In this document: positions 49,273 to 62,039 of the stretch, one piece after another | Position numbering within the stretch: the first letter of the stretch is position 1 | How the letters are laid out: each line of letters begins with the position of its first letter | DNA from: Camelus dromedarius | Lineage: Eukaryota | Direction of reading: 5' to 3' | NCBI RefSeq assembly: GCF_036321535.1 | Contig: NC_087438.1 | Coordinates: forward strand, 7,566,001 to 7,630,000 | DNA: 64,000 nucleotides | The notes under the pieces: generated by a model | What the model saw: only the letters and a program-made list of their open reading frames with translations | What the model was told of the DNA's origin: nothing | Database searches by the model: none | Translations under genes and position numbers: made by a program

Positions 49273-49983
49273 AAAGAAGCTCGCGGATATAGAAAGGTAG
49301 ATGTTTTTAATGACATAAGTCAACTAACGTTTGGAAGGAGCCATTTTTCTGGCTCAAGGTATCCTTGCTGAACTATGACAAGTGTTTGCCGCAGTAATTG
49401 GGCTTCATGCCACTTCAGGTTGGGGTCAGGGTGGAGTCAATTAAAGACTCACATTTTATTAGAAGACTTCCTTTCTTTCTCGAATTATTGAGAGAGAGAG
49501 CGTGTGTACAAGACAGTGAGAGGCCATGCGTATCCCTTCCACATCTCTGAATTCTAACCTTCCTGCCAGTGGAAGCCCCAGTCCCCCTTCTCTGTCTCAC
49601 CTCCTCTATTCACCGTAGGCGGCAGCGGTCTTTTCTTCCTACCAACGCCTGTCATTTCCTAGTGGAGCGGCACCTGTGACACTTCCGTGCTAGCACCAGG
49701 CAATGAGCAGGCGCTGTATTTTTAGGTAACAGTTACAGTAGTATATTGAGCACTTACTTTATGCCAAGTATTGTCCTAAGCATCTTACTCAAATAAGCTC
49801 ATTTAACCTTAAAACACTCCATTAAGTAGGCAAGAATTTGAAAATATAAATGGAAATGTTTTCACTTCCTAACACTATTTTAAAGGGCTTTGAGCCTTAC
49901 TGTGTTCTTTTGGGGTGGTGAGTGGAGGAGTGATGAGTTTGAACCTTGGATGTGTAGGCGCAGGGTAAATGTTTAAAAAAAAT

Positions 49984-50113
49984 ATTTTTCTTTTTTTTGT
50001 GGAGGGAGGTAATTAGATTTATTTCTTTATTTTTAATGGAGATACTGGGGATTGACCCCAGGACCTCATGCTTGCTAAGCATAGCACTCTGCCACTGAAC
50101 TACACCTTCCCCG
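49984..50113 (-). mobile_element. Camelid tRNA-derived SINE
   Basis: ggaggtaattag...ggggattgaccccaggacctcatgcttgctaagc; agggtaa on both flanks. Confidence 0.88.
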
Positions 50114-50191
50114 CTGAGGGTAAGCGTTAAGTGTTAAATTTACCAAAGGAAGAAAACATTTCCCATCTTCACCATCCCATTTCATTCACAA

Positions 50192-50475
50192 CATTTTATT
50201 ATAAAATTTTTCAAATATACAGAAAGTGAGAAGAATGGGGAGAATAGCACAATAGGATCTAAACTCTAAGCTCAACAATTGCAAATATTATATATGTATA
50301 TATGTGTGTGTGTATATAGATGGTGTTTGCTGAATCATTTGAAAGTTAGTTGCCAATATCTTGACATTTCATCCCTAAATACTACAGCACACATCTCCTT
50401 AAAATAAGGGCAATCACTTACGTAACCACAGTACTGCTATCACAGACAAGAAAATTAACAATCACATTGAATATG
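50192..50475 (-). mobile_element. Old L1 (L1MC4/5-like) 3' fragment
   Basis: ctgaatcatttgaaagttagttg...ccctaaatactacagc...cacagacaagaaaattaacaat. Confidence 0.75.
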
Positions 50476-51122
50476 GCTTGTCTTTCTCTATTTGACCAGC
50501 AAAAAGACAATAGAGAAAAACATTCTGAATTTGAATTCTAACAATCTAGTATTCTAGATGATCTGCAAATATTATAGTCTTTCTTCTTCCTTGGAAAGCA
50601 TTTGATGCTTTGATGGGGAGAAAGACCATTTGTTAATACTTTGAAAATTGGAATTCACTCTTTTAATGAGGTAAATATGGACATGCCCATGGTGTGACTC
50701 GGAAAATTAAGACTGAAAGTTATAAATAAATAGTTTTGGGTCTATAGATTAGAACCCTGGTCCCCACCTCCCCCCCCCCCCCACAGTCCAAGTAAACTTA
50801 GGGCCAATCAACGATTCGCAAATGCAGCCTTTAACCAAGGGATTTATCAGTTTAATGAACAAGAAATCATACACAAGTCCAAAATGTAACAGTTAATAGA
50901 CAGGACTTCAACCTCCATTTTTGGACTGTGCACCAGCTAAGGATCCAATTACAGCAGTGAGCTAGTGACAGATTACGGCTTTCTTTTTCCATTTATGAAA
51001 TAAATCACTATTTTTGCTGACCACAGAGAAGTGTAACTTTAAGAATCTTGAAAAAAATAACTTGTAAACTTTGCTTCATATTTATTTCCTCCAAGCCAAC
51101 GAGCACTCTAAGTCTTCTCTTG

Positions 51123-51283
51123 TTCTTTTTAAATTTAATTTTATTTTCTTATTTGTAAGGGGAGATCATTAGGGCTACTTATTTATTCACAATTATTATT
51201 TTTTTTAATGGCGGTTATGGGGTTTGAACCCAGGACCCAGTGCATACTAAGCAGGAGCTCTACCACTGAGCTATACCCTCCCC
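51123..51283 (-). mobile_element. Camelid tRNA-derived SINE
   Basis: ggggtttgaacccaggacc...ctctaccactgagctataccctcccc; TSD-like cttc(t/c)cttgtt. Confidence 0.9.
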
Positions 51284-51753
51284 AGCGAGACTTCCCTTGT
51301 TGATACAGTTTTCTAATATACTAGAATTTCCTTCAAGTATTTGATTATACTTAAGTTGCCTGACAATTTTGCTTGAACAACAGGACATTTCTTTTTTTTT
51401 ATTTTGACAATAATGATTAATATTAGCTTATCTCTGACAGAGGTAATGTTTGCTTCTTCGTTGCTCAGGTATGGAACTGTATTTGGCCATTCCTAGTTCT
51501 TATGGATAGCGGAAAATGTTATGTAATATCTTATACAAGAATATATAAGTAAGCAAGAAATATTTAATAATCATATTGTGTTAATATTGGAGAACGTATG
51601 AGTTTTTGCTGATGGAGAGATGAGTAGTAATGACAGCAGAAGTGTTCCAAAAGGAAATAACAGTCTTTGCTAAGATGCTTCCATAAGATGTGAAAGTTAG
51701 AAAGTAGCAACTAGATTTTAAGTGCCCTTAAAATATCTGATACAAAACCAGGC

Positions 51754-52169
51754 TGCTATGGGGTGAACTGTGCTCCCTTCCTGGCCAAAATGACATGTTG
51801 AAGTCCTAAGCTCAGTATCTGAGAATGTGGTCTTTTTTGGAAATAGGGTCTTTACAGAGGTAATTAAGTGAAAATGAGGTCATTAGAATGGACGCTAATA
51901 AATTATAGCCAGTGTCCTTATAAAAAGAGACACACACACACAGGGAGAACGTCATGCGAAGATGAAGGCAGAGATCAGGGTGATGCTTCTACAAGCCAAG
52001 GGACAGCAAAGATTGACAGCAAGCCACCAGGCGCAACCTCAGAAGCAACCAACTCTACTGGCAACTTAATCTCAGACTTCCGGTCTCTGGAGCTGTGAGA
52101 CAGTAAGTTTGTTGTTTAAGTCGCCCAGACTATGGTACTGGGTTACTGCAGCCCTAGGAGACCCATACC
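51754..52169 (+). mobile_element. MLT1C-like solo LTR
   Basis: tgctatggggtgaactgtg...ggaaatagggtctttacagagg; 5-bp TSD caggc. Confidence 0.9.
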
Positions 52170-52192
52170 CAGGCCAAGTTTGGACTGTGAGG

Positions 52193-52732
52193 TGTGATGG
52201 ACATTTATTGTTTTTGCCCCCAGCATTCTCTCCTTGCCCTGTGGGAACCTTTGTCCCGATTCTCTGATGATGCATTTCTGAGGCCATCTTGTTCCATGTG
52301 TAAGCCAATCAGCACATTTCATTCTTCTGAACAGAGTGATTGGCTTCCTGATGGTCACATGGCACCAATCCCACCCATCGTGGCTAAGGGTATTCAATTC
52401 CTAGGTTTTTGCTGTTATCAGGGAAGCAGACTTGCTTTTCCTGTTGGCAGAATGTGTGGAAGGATGACGCGGCTGAAACTGTGGCAGGTATCTTGCGAAC
52501 ACACAGGGTCTGAGCATGGACCCAATATCAAGGAAGCAGCACCAAGAAATCCAGAGATAGCACTTTATCCCGGTGAAATTACTTGACTTGAGCCTGGATC
52601 AAACTATACCTGAGGCAAGAGCTCCCTCTGGATTCTTCAGTCTTGTGAGCAAATAAATTCCTTTTCCTTTTCTTAAGCTGATTTGAGTTAGGGTTTTTGT
52701 CACTTGCAGCAGAAAGAGTCATAACTAATACA
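52193..52732 (+). mobile_element. MLT1K-like LTR
   Basis: aagccaatcagc...gtgattgg...ttgtcacttgcagcagaaagagtcataactaataca. Confidence 0.8.
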
Positions 52733-54366
52733 GCGATGGAAAGTTGGGTTTGAGGAAAGGTGCCAGGCGGTCTGTAAGATGAAGAGGCTGAGTTACAAAC
52801 AGAGACAGGTTCTAAAACTCCAGCAGGTACGCTTTCTCCTTTCTTTGAAATCGTAGAACACTTTGCTTGCACAATTGATGTGACATATATCACATGTTGC
52901 CTTGAATTGCAATTACAGTTCTTGTATGGTGGGTACAAATTGCATAACCATAATACTCCCGTGTGCAGACGTGAAACTTTCTTTATCGTTTTATAATTGA
53001 GCTTAATTTACTCACAAGCCCTCATTTCTGCTCATGGCAGAGAACTTAATCTTGCCGATTCCAGGCAAATCTGTCAGTCCTGCTTGAAAATTCAGTATCT
53101 TTTTAGGGGAAATACATGGTTAATTCAGGCTTTCTAATCCCTTTACCCCTCTCCTTTCCCTGGGGGGGGGGGTATCTATGTTCTAGCAAGTGTGGCCATG
53201 ACACAAAAGGTCTGGTCTGGCAGCCTCTGTGGGGATCTCTGTGACTGACCCAGAGAGCTGGGCTGTCAACACTGCTGGTGCTGTTGTCACCCAGGTCTTC
53301 GCTCAGCTTCTGGAAACTCAGCCTGGCCCTGCATCTAGTCCCCAGCTCGGCGGCCCACGGGGTCCCGTATGGCAGGGCACAGTCTTCTCCACACCATGCA
53401 TCCTGCCTCTCAATTCTTAGCTCTTCTCGGCTCCCTAGGCCAACTTTGGGGGCTCCCTTTTCTGTACTCCCAGGACCAGTCCATGTGGCTCAGGACACTT
53501 GAGGAGTCAGCTCCCCACTAGATGCTCAGACAAGTCTGCCCTGCTCTTGGGCTGGGACCCTATAGGGGAGGAGGGAGCTTGGTTCAAGAGGGGCCTCAGA
53601 GCCACGCCCTCCCCTCCCAGGCTTGCTGTCCCCTCCGGAGCTCCGCCACCCCCGCCCAGGAAGGGCTGTCTATCTGCCCATATTCTGGGGACGAGCTCTC
53701 TGCTCTGGGTCTCCCCAGGCTGGGCTCTGGATGTTCCTCGGAACAATAACGAAAGCTTTTCCTCCCTCGCCTGTCTGGATCTTACAAAGGACACGCGGGG
53801 TTTCCAAGACCACGCCTCTGCCCTGGATTCCCAGGGGTTCGCCCTGGAGCTTCCCAGGGCAGAGTCTGGTGACTTGGAAGGGCTGCCGTTTTGGGGCCAG
53901 CTCTGCCCTGCAGCCTCACAGCCTGGTGACGGTGGAGGAAGGCTTGCAGGGCCCAAAGAAAACGAAAAGGCAGAACTCCTGGAAAGGAAAAGCGCCTGGG
54001 GACTATTTCACAGCGGGATCTGGCGCCACGAGCATCATGGCTGTTCCTCCAGGCACAAAAGGTGCCCGGACTGGCTCCCCCTGTGGGACAGTCATTGGTT
54101 GCTGCCCTGGCTGGCCCTTTGACACTCTTTCAAGGGCCAAACTCCACCCACTCGACTGAGAAACAGGCCAGGAAAAGGAACTTTCCAGGCTGTTTGAATG
54201 TTCTTTTTCTTTAGGTCAGTTGGCCCATAGTGATGACTGGTCTTTCCATCTTCCAAAGTTGGCTTTAGCACTGTTGGCAACTTCCTGCTCAAGGGAGGGA
54301 CAATGAATTCCCTGGAGGTTGGCTGGGGGCGTGGTGGCCCCTGCGGCATGCTAGCTCAGCCTCAGG

Positions 54367-54823
54367 GTTGTGAGCTGAATTCTGTTCCCCTCAAAAGCTA
54401 TGTTGAAGTCCTAGCCTTTGATGCCTGTGAAAACGACCTTGTTCGGAAATAGAGTCCTTGCAGATGTAAGTAGTCAAAGATGGAGATGAGTGATACCAGA
54501 TTAGGGTGCCCCCACCCCCACATTCAGTGACTGGTGTCGTTATAGGAAGAGAAGAGGACACAGGCACACAAGGAGAAGGACACACGTTGATGGTGGCAGA
54601 GACTAGAGTGATGGGTCTCCTAACCAGGCAGCACTGAGGGCTGCTGGGACCAGAATCTAGGAAGAGGCGAGGAAGGATTCGTCCCGAGAGCCTTGGGTGG
54701 GAGCACGGCCCTGCCACCACCTTGATCTGGAGCTTCTAGCTTCCAGACTCGGGAGAAAGTTTCTGTTGTTGAAAACACCCAATTTTTGCTCCTTTGTTAC
54801 AGCAGCCCTGGAAAAGGAGTCCA
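54367..54823 (+). mobile_element. MLT1C-like LTR
   Basis: gctgaattctgttcccctcaaaa...ggaaatagagtccttgcagatgtaa...tttgttacagcagccctgga. Confidence 0.85.
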
Positions 54824-55429
54824 CCCAGGACCCACTGCCCTTGCCTCGGGCCTGGGGCCAGACATCCTGAAGGTTTGTGACATTCAGGGAACTGGGGGGG
54901 CTAGAGAGAAGTGACCCGCCCTAGGTACCCTTTGCCACACTGGTTCCCCCGCTGCTCTGAGTCCGGGCTGCCGGTGGCTCAGAAACGCTCTCTTCTCTGA
55001 GAACTGCCCCCTGCCCAGGGAACAGAAGCTGCTGCCCGCCAGGAGGCCTGGCCACATCCCTGGTGGGGAGGGCAGCCCACAGCTGCCGACGACACGCGGA
55101 CAAAAGCGGCTCTCCCGGCCTCGGGCGGGCCTGGCTCTGGGCACTATTTGTGCTCCCAGTTCTCGGTGGGGTCAGGATGAAGGCTTTGCCGGAGCCCACG
55201 CCCCTGTTTGCGTCTCTCCCTGGTCCTCCTCCTCTCATCCTTCTGCAAAGTGTAGCGCCCCTTCCTCCAGGCTCCGCTCACTCCCTGTTTCAGGCTCGGC
55301 TTCCAGGGAGGAGGACCCAAGGCACTGGATCCTGACTCCTGTGGGGCGGAGACTTCCTTCTCTGGAGGCCCATCCTGGGCTGGACAAGGCACAGACGGGG
55401 CAGGGTCTCTCACACGCTGGCGCTAGGGA

Positions 55430-55582
55430 CCAGCTCAAGAGCTCATTTAAACACAGCATCCTGGGCCTAACTCCAGAGATTCTGACAGTATGTCTGGGGT
55501 GGAGCCTGAGAACCGGCATTTCTAACAGGCTCCCAGGTGCTTGCACTGCTTGCTGGTCAGGGACCACACACTGAGACTCGCC
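55430..55582. mobile_element. MER5A hAT MITE
   Basis: ccagagattctga...gcatttctaacaggctcccaggtg...gggaccacacactgaga. Confidence 0.8.
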
Positions 55583-56449
55583 GGCCTAGGATCTCATCAC
55601 ATTTGGTCGAGACTGATGGCTTGAGAGGGCAAGCGTGCTAGGAGAGGTTTGCAGAAATTAATTTGCACTTGGGATTTCTGAGGCTCGGCAAAGAATGGAA
55701 AAAGGTTGTGTGATGGGTTGAGGGTTGAAGAAGCCAATCTGGAGTGTTCCTGAGGGTTGGTCAGCCCCTTGGTCTGCACCTTGGCTCACAGGAGTGAACA
55801 GCTGTGGGCAGAAGCCCCGGGACTATCGACCTGGAGGTCTTCATGGGACAGAGGGCTCCCCAAAGCCATTCTCTTGGGCAGAAGAGACAAAGCTTGGCTC
55901 AGAAAAGAGGGGGGCATTCTTTTGTGTGCATGTATGTCTGAGTGTGCACCTACGTGTGTGTGATACACACGCCGTCACAGCTTGTTGAGTGCTTCTGCTT
56001 TGCCTGAGCGAGGCAGAGCCAGCCAGCCAGCCAGCCAGCAGCGGCTCCCGACACAAAGGCCGAGGCCGCCCCACCCGACACACACACAGATCATCATTTC
56101 TGTTTGAATTCTTCCTTCTTCTGTGCAGCAATCTGCTTCTGTAGGAGAGCCCTCGCCCCCTCGTTTGGGGTTCTGGCCAACTGGGGGTTTGCTGCTTCCA
56201 ACCTTGCCCTCCCGCCCAGCAGAGCCCAGGGTTTCATCCGGCTCTGCCTCTTCCGTGTCGGTTACATGGAGGGAAGTTTTGTGCCTCCTCTGCTTTCGTG
56301 TTCTTCTCACCTCTGTGACCATTTGTTTCTGTGGCTCCAGAGATTCCACTTCGCCGACGGGGGATCTGAATTCCGCTGATTCTTTTTGTTGGCAGACAAA
56401 CCTGGGCCCAGAGCAGCCACCCCTCTGCAGCCTACACGTTGTTTGTGCA

Positions 56450-56473
56450 GCGCCATCTGCCGGCAGGTGGCAG
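56450..56473. promoter_or_regulatory. Candidate CTCF site (two overlapping opposite-strand motifs)
   Basis: Minus strand CCGGCAGATGGCGC and plus strand CCGGCAGGTGGCAG both resemble the CTCF core CCAS(C/T)AG(A/G)(G/T)GGC(A/G). Confidence 0.55.
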
Positions 56474-57164
56474 GGTGGCCATCCTTCCCGGTTTATTTGA
56501 GGAGCGCGGCAAGCGCTGACCCCTCCCGTGCGCCGTCCCCTCTCACAGTCACAAAGAGAGGCTTTCGGTTCCGGGGTTGAGTTCATCACATTCCTGTTTC
56601 CGGCGAGTTCTCATCACTGTCTGAGCCGTTCCTTTTCCACCAGCCCCCTCTCCCCTTTCCTGCCTCCAGAGGTGTTTACATCTGCACTAGATGCCAAAGT
56701 GCCCCACCTGGACCCCTTCCCAGGTGCTGTGCCTGACCTCCACTGTTGCGTGCTGGCTGCTGACAGCCCCAGCTGTCCTGTCTCCGGATGGTGACACTCG
56801 CTTTTACAGCAGGAAGCCTCCTGGATGGGAGTTCACACGCCCCCAGTGTGGAGGGACCCCAGCCCAAGACTGTCTGCTAGCGGGTACAGAAGGCCAGCCG
56901 CTTGCCTCAAGCTGGGGTCCACGCCGGGATGTGCCTCATACCCCACAGCTCCAGGGCGTTTTTCTAGACTTTCCTTAAGCCCACTCCCTGGCGGAGCTTC
57001 CTTCCCTGCCCCGTCTTGCTTTTTTGTGAGTGTGTGTGTGACTTGCTTTATTGCAGCACCAGCGTTGTTGCTCTGGTCTGGAACCAAACTTGCACTGTCT
57101 GTGAGGTGTGCTGTACTCTGCTTATTAGCCTTCCTTTGGGATCCAGATAGTTTTATTATTGTTG

Positions 57165-57620
57165 TTTTTTTTTTTAAAAATTGAAGTATAGTTGATTTAC
57201 AATATTATATTAGTTTCAGGTGTACAGCATAGTGATTCAGTATTTTTACAGTTTATACTCCATTAAAGTTATTATAAGATAATGACTATAATTCCCTTTG
57301 CTAGACAATATATCCTTTTTGCTTATCTATTTTGTACATAGTAGTTTGTATTTCTTAATCCCATACCCGTAAAATGTCCCTCCCAACTTCCCTCTCATCA
57401 CTTGTGATCACTGGCCTATTTTTGATATCTATGAGTCTGTTTCTGTTTTGCTGTATACATTCATTTTTTTAGATTCCACACATAAGCGATAACATACAAT
57501 ATTTGTTTTTCTGTCTAACTTCTTATTTCACTAAGCATACTATTCTCTAGGTCCATCCATATTATCACAAATGGCAGAATTTCATTCTTTTTTATGGCTG
57601 AGTAGCATTCCATTGTATGT

Positions 57621-57666
<46 letters not shown>

Positions 57667-59000
57667 CACATGTTCTTTATCCAGTCATCTGCTAATGGAC
57701 ACTTCATTTGCTTCCATATTTTGGCTATTGAAAATAGTGCTGCAAAGGAAAATATAAACAAAACAAAAAGACAACCTACAGAATGGGAGAAAATATTTAC
57801 AAATGATGTGACTGCAATGGGCTTAAGTTCCAGAATACTGAATTACTTTGCTGTACACTAGAAACTAACATAACATTGTAAACCAACTATACTTCAATAA
57901 AAAAGTAAATAAATAAAAAATAAAGTAATCTGCAATCAGTGACACCTTTACTTTTTCCTTTCCAGTTTGGATTCCTTTTATTTCTTTTTCTTGTCTGATT
58001 GCTGTGGTGAGGACATTCAATACTATGTTAAATAGAAGTGGCAAGGGTTGGGCCTGAGATGGCCCTGTCTCCTTTAAGCATTCGTTTTTCCCTTTCTGTA
58101 CACTATGACACTTGCCCCAGAAGTGGGGAGTGCTGAAGCAAGTGAGGCCCACGTGGGCTCTTGGCTCCTATCAGCCACGGAGGTCCAGTGCATCGCCCGT
58201 GCAGGCATCCACAGCTCTGTTCAGACACAGCCTTGGGTGCAAGTCCCCTTTGTTCCTCACAGCCAATCAACCCCCAGCCTCTGCCACCCCCATCCTGTTG
58301 TGGAATCGTTCTGCAGGACAGGTGGAGCCGATGTGGCCTTTCAGCATATATCATGGGGCTGAGCTCTGGTGGAGCAGACACCATCGGAGATCTGGGTGGC
58401 TTTTGAGGTGCTGCTTAAATAAGTGGCCAACACCATCCTATGCAAGCTCCGCTGTGGGACTGGGTCACTTCTGCATCCCATAGTCAGGTCTTTTCCCAGA
58501 TTCAGTGCTGCAGCATGATGTGGAATGAGTGGGGCTGGAGCATTCTCTCGCCAAGGCTGGGTGCATGGGGAGGTGGTTGCAGGAAACCTGGCAGCCTCTA
58601 GAGCAGACCTTTCTGCCCTTTCTTGCCCTGCCTTGGGGGCAAGTCTTCCTTGTGAGCAGAGTCCCAGGTTTCCCAGAGCCATTATATTAGTCCCAGCAGT
58701 GCTCCAACCAACCAAGAGGGCTTGTCCACTCTTGGCTCAAACTGCTCACTCCCCAGGTTGGATCTCCACTCCAGCGTAATCTCCCTTTTCCTCTACGTCC
58801 CCTCCCAGGGGCACAGGTCCCAATCTAATTGCTTTTCCTCTTTCCATACTTGATTTTGTGTGTATCTTGCTTGCAGCCTTGTTGTACAGAAGTCTTTGTG
58901 TCAGTCTCCAGTTAGATTTCAGTGAGAATTGTTCCACACGTGGATGTATTTTGATGTGTTTGTGGGTGGATGCCTCATCCTCTCACTCTTCTTTATCTGA
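57165..59000 (-). mobile_element. Rearranged L1 mosaic (3' end, inverted pieces, ORF2 piece, 5'UTR)
   Basis: Minus ORF segment [25 protein letters not shown] (L1 RT); L1 5'UTR motif cagtgagaattgttccacacgtggatgtattttgatgtgtttgtggg. Confidence 0.75.
57622..57664. repeat. (AC)n microsatellite (~21 units) inside L1
   Basis: Read directly. Confidence 0.95.
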
Positions 59001-59070
59001 ATCTCTGCCCTCTTCTGCTTTCTCACCCTCCTTCTCCTGAAAGCCCCTCCTCAAAGCATCATAGACATCT

Positions 59071-59184
59071 GTTTTTAGTTTTGTTTTTCTTTATTTTTTT
59101 TTAATGGAGGTACTGGGGATTGAACCCAGGACCTTGTCCATGCTAAGCATACACTCTAGCACTGAGCTATTCCCACCACCCACC
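59071..59184 (-). mobile_element. Camelid tRNA-derived SINE
   Basis: atggaggtactggggattgaacccaggacc; 16-bp TSD aagca(t/c)catagac(a/g)tc at 59054-59069 and 59185-59200. Confidence 0.92.
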
Positions 59185-61689
59185 AAGCACCATAGACGTC
59201 GGGCTCTTGTCTCGGGCTCTGCTTCTAGCGGCCCAGATTTAGATGGTGTCTGCACAGAATGTGTGGTGTTGCTTTGTGTGTGTGTGTGTGTGTGTGTGCT
59301 GACTTGGAAAATGTTTCCTATGAACTTGTCCATTCACCTGGTCTGCTGTCTCGTTCTGCCCTGTGCACACTCTGCTGTGTGTGCCACCACATTTTCCTGG
59401 GCACTTCCCAGATGAGAATGCTTTGATTGTCTCTTCTTCCACGTGGCCACAGGCGAGACCTCGGCGGACATCCTTGTTCATGGTCCTTGGGATGGATGTG
59501 ACCATTTCTCTGGATGGACAGATAGGAGTGGATTCTGATCCACAGACTTAGCTTCATGGAGTCCTACACACGGCTGCCCTGGGTTTCACTGGTTCCCCAG
59601 GAGCTGCCTACGCCCGGCAGCAACACACAAGTGTTCCCATCTCCCCGTATCTCCAACACTGGGGAGGGGCTCCCCTTCCATCTTTGTCATTCTGATGCTG
59701 ATTTGCCATCACTGTTTTGTTTTCCTTTCCACTGCAGCTTTCAGCACCTCTGCCTGTACCTTGTTGGTTATTGGTGCCCCCGGCACCCCCTCCCCAGCCT
59801 TTTTCAAACCATCTACTATCTTTATTTTTAATTTAAAGATCTTTGTTGTTTTATACAGTTAAACTATCTTCTCTGAGTGGCCATCTGTCTCTTTTCCTTG
59901 TTTGTGACATCCTTCACTGGGCAAAAACCCTTAAGTGCTGCTGCCTTACGCTCCCATTGTCACAGGGAGATTCCGATGAAACAGCTCATCTATATTTCAC
60001 TTGCTTTTTATTGCAGTCTTCCGACCAGGATGCAGGCATGAGTCCACAGGGACCTGGGTTAAGGGACATTAGACTTACGGAGGCCTTTTTCACATAAAAT
60101 CATGCTCACTTTTCATTCTGACCCCTGATCCAGCCTCGGCACCCTGGCCCTTTCTTCCATGAGCTCCAGTTCTTTTTCTGGAGCTTTTCAGTCCCTCATG
60201 AACAAGGACCGCAGTGGGCCACCCCTGAACCCTGGAAATGCCTCGATGCCCTTGAGCTGCACAGAAAACACGTTCACATGCCACCCCGGTCCCCACACTA
60301 CAACGTAAACAATATAAGCGTGTTCCTCGACAGACCCTCCTGAGAGGACATTTTCATCTTTGTGCATCTCAATAGGTCCCCAGTCACACAGTGTCGCTCT
60401 TACAGTAAGCGAATAGCATTACAGCAAATGTTCAGGTGGATACAAAACGCAGAACAGTATGATCCACATTCCATGGGCTGAGAAGCAAGGTGTGGGGTCC
60501 TTTGGGGACTCCTGGTAGGATCTCAGCAGATGATTAGGTGCCCTGGTAAGTCGACGCTCTGAGGATGGAGAATTGAAGGGATGACCGTGGCTTCCCATAT
60601 GAGTACTTACGAGGACCCACGGGGTGGGGCCCCGAGGGAGTGCGCACAGATCCGGGTCCTCTTTTGTCTTTGAACAGGTAGTTCTTCTTAAGGCTTAAAC
60701 CTTAGAAAATGTCCAAAATGTCCCTGAGCTCAGTACTCTTGAGTTCCAGCTTGTCAGGAAAGTCTCTGCAAGTAGAATATCTGAGGTCATGGAGAGGACC
60801 CCCCCCCCTGCAGTCCCGGAAACGTGATGACTCCAACCTGATGACACAAAAGTAAAGGCTTCTTCTGGCCTTTCAGCAGCACGTCTCTGGCACGTTGGTC
60901 TTTCTGGCCCCGTATCTTCGATCTCCAACTAACGCTTACTCCCATCCCCCCTCTTCCAGGTAGCTGCCCCCACGCCCCGCGGTGTGCTGATTATGACGGT
61001 GAATCCCAGTAGGGGTCGTTCCTCTCCTTTTTATATAGTCAAGGTGCATCTGTTTGAAGGCAGGCAAAAGTTTGATTACCCATATTAGGACCCCAGTGAA
61101 GCTTAACAAGGGAAGTCCACAGGTTCTGGGATGCCCCCTTGCTCCTCTGATTCACTGGAATTGTCACTCTCCCAAATTCAACACGGAAAAGAGGTAATTT
61201 TGTACCAGTGTGATGCTCCAAATAGTTGAGTACCAACCTATTTGTTGTATAGGCATGTTTTATAGGTTTCTTAATAAAAATGGGAGTTTGTACCCAACTA
61301 AACCACACACTCTTCTAATATTGGAAATTTTAAATCCACCTTTACCGTAACTGCGTTAGGATTGGTAAAGGTTAATAGCCTGGCAGAACTATTTTTTCAG
61401 AGCCACACTGTTTTTTCCCTTCTACTCTTCTAGGTTGTTGCAGACTGACTTGAGAGTGATTCTCCTCCCAGGGCTGTTCTTAGCAAAGTAAGTAAATTTA
61501 CACATTCTGCAAGAACCCAGGGCTTCTTGAGGAAAGTGTCTTCTGTAAAACCCAGGAGGTCCGCTAAAATGCAGACCCCTGGGTCTTGGATTTCCAGTGT
61601 TGGGGGTGATGTGGAGATCTGCATTTTAGCAAGCATTTCAGGATGGTTTGAGTACAATTAGATCAAAATCTATTAATTCTCTGCTGTGT

Positions 61690-61890
61690 TCCAAGTGAAT
61701 TCATTTGTTATCTCATTTAATTCTGTAACTGCCTGTATGGGAAGTATTTCTAACCTTATTTTATAGGTTTGGCAATGAACGTTTATGATCATCAGCTGTC
61801 TTAAATCCTGGGGTGCTTGTAAGAGGTGAAACAAACTTTTCAAATCTGTGTCTGTCCATCTTCAAAGCCCTCAGTCTTAAGAATAAAATC
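61690..61890 (-). mobile_element. MIR SINE
   Basis: ttatctcatttaattct...ccttattttatag...tctgtgtctgtccatcttcaaagccc. Confidence 0.55.
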
Positions 61891-62039
61891 TACAGGTGAG
61901 TTGGGAAGAAGAGAAGAAGCAGTTTGCTCTTCAAGGCAAGAAGGAGTTTCAGGCATAAGACTGAGTGTTAAGGACAGCTTTGCTTCCTTCACCTGAAAAA
62001 CTGAGGAGTCCCAGAGCGAGAACCTTGCTGATAATCTGT

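Noticed and set aside
53499..54159. Overlapping 207-, 178- and 149-aa ORFs
   Set aside because: Open in several frames on both strands because of high GC; P/G/S/L-rich with no family resemblance.
55975..56589. 204-aa minus-strand ORF
   Set aside because: No recognisable homology; includes simple repeats; region better explained as regulatory DNA.
57865..58152. ORF containing L1 RT-like peptide
   Set aside because: Short dead fragment of L1 ORF2, not a functional gene.
60540..61020. Moderately CpG-rich stretch with a GTAAGT donor
   Set aside because: No convincing acceptor, ORF or motif cluster; too weak to call.
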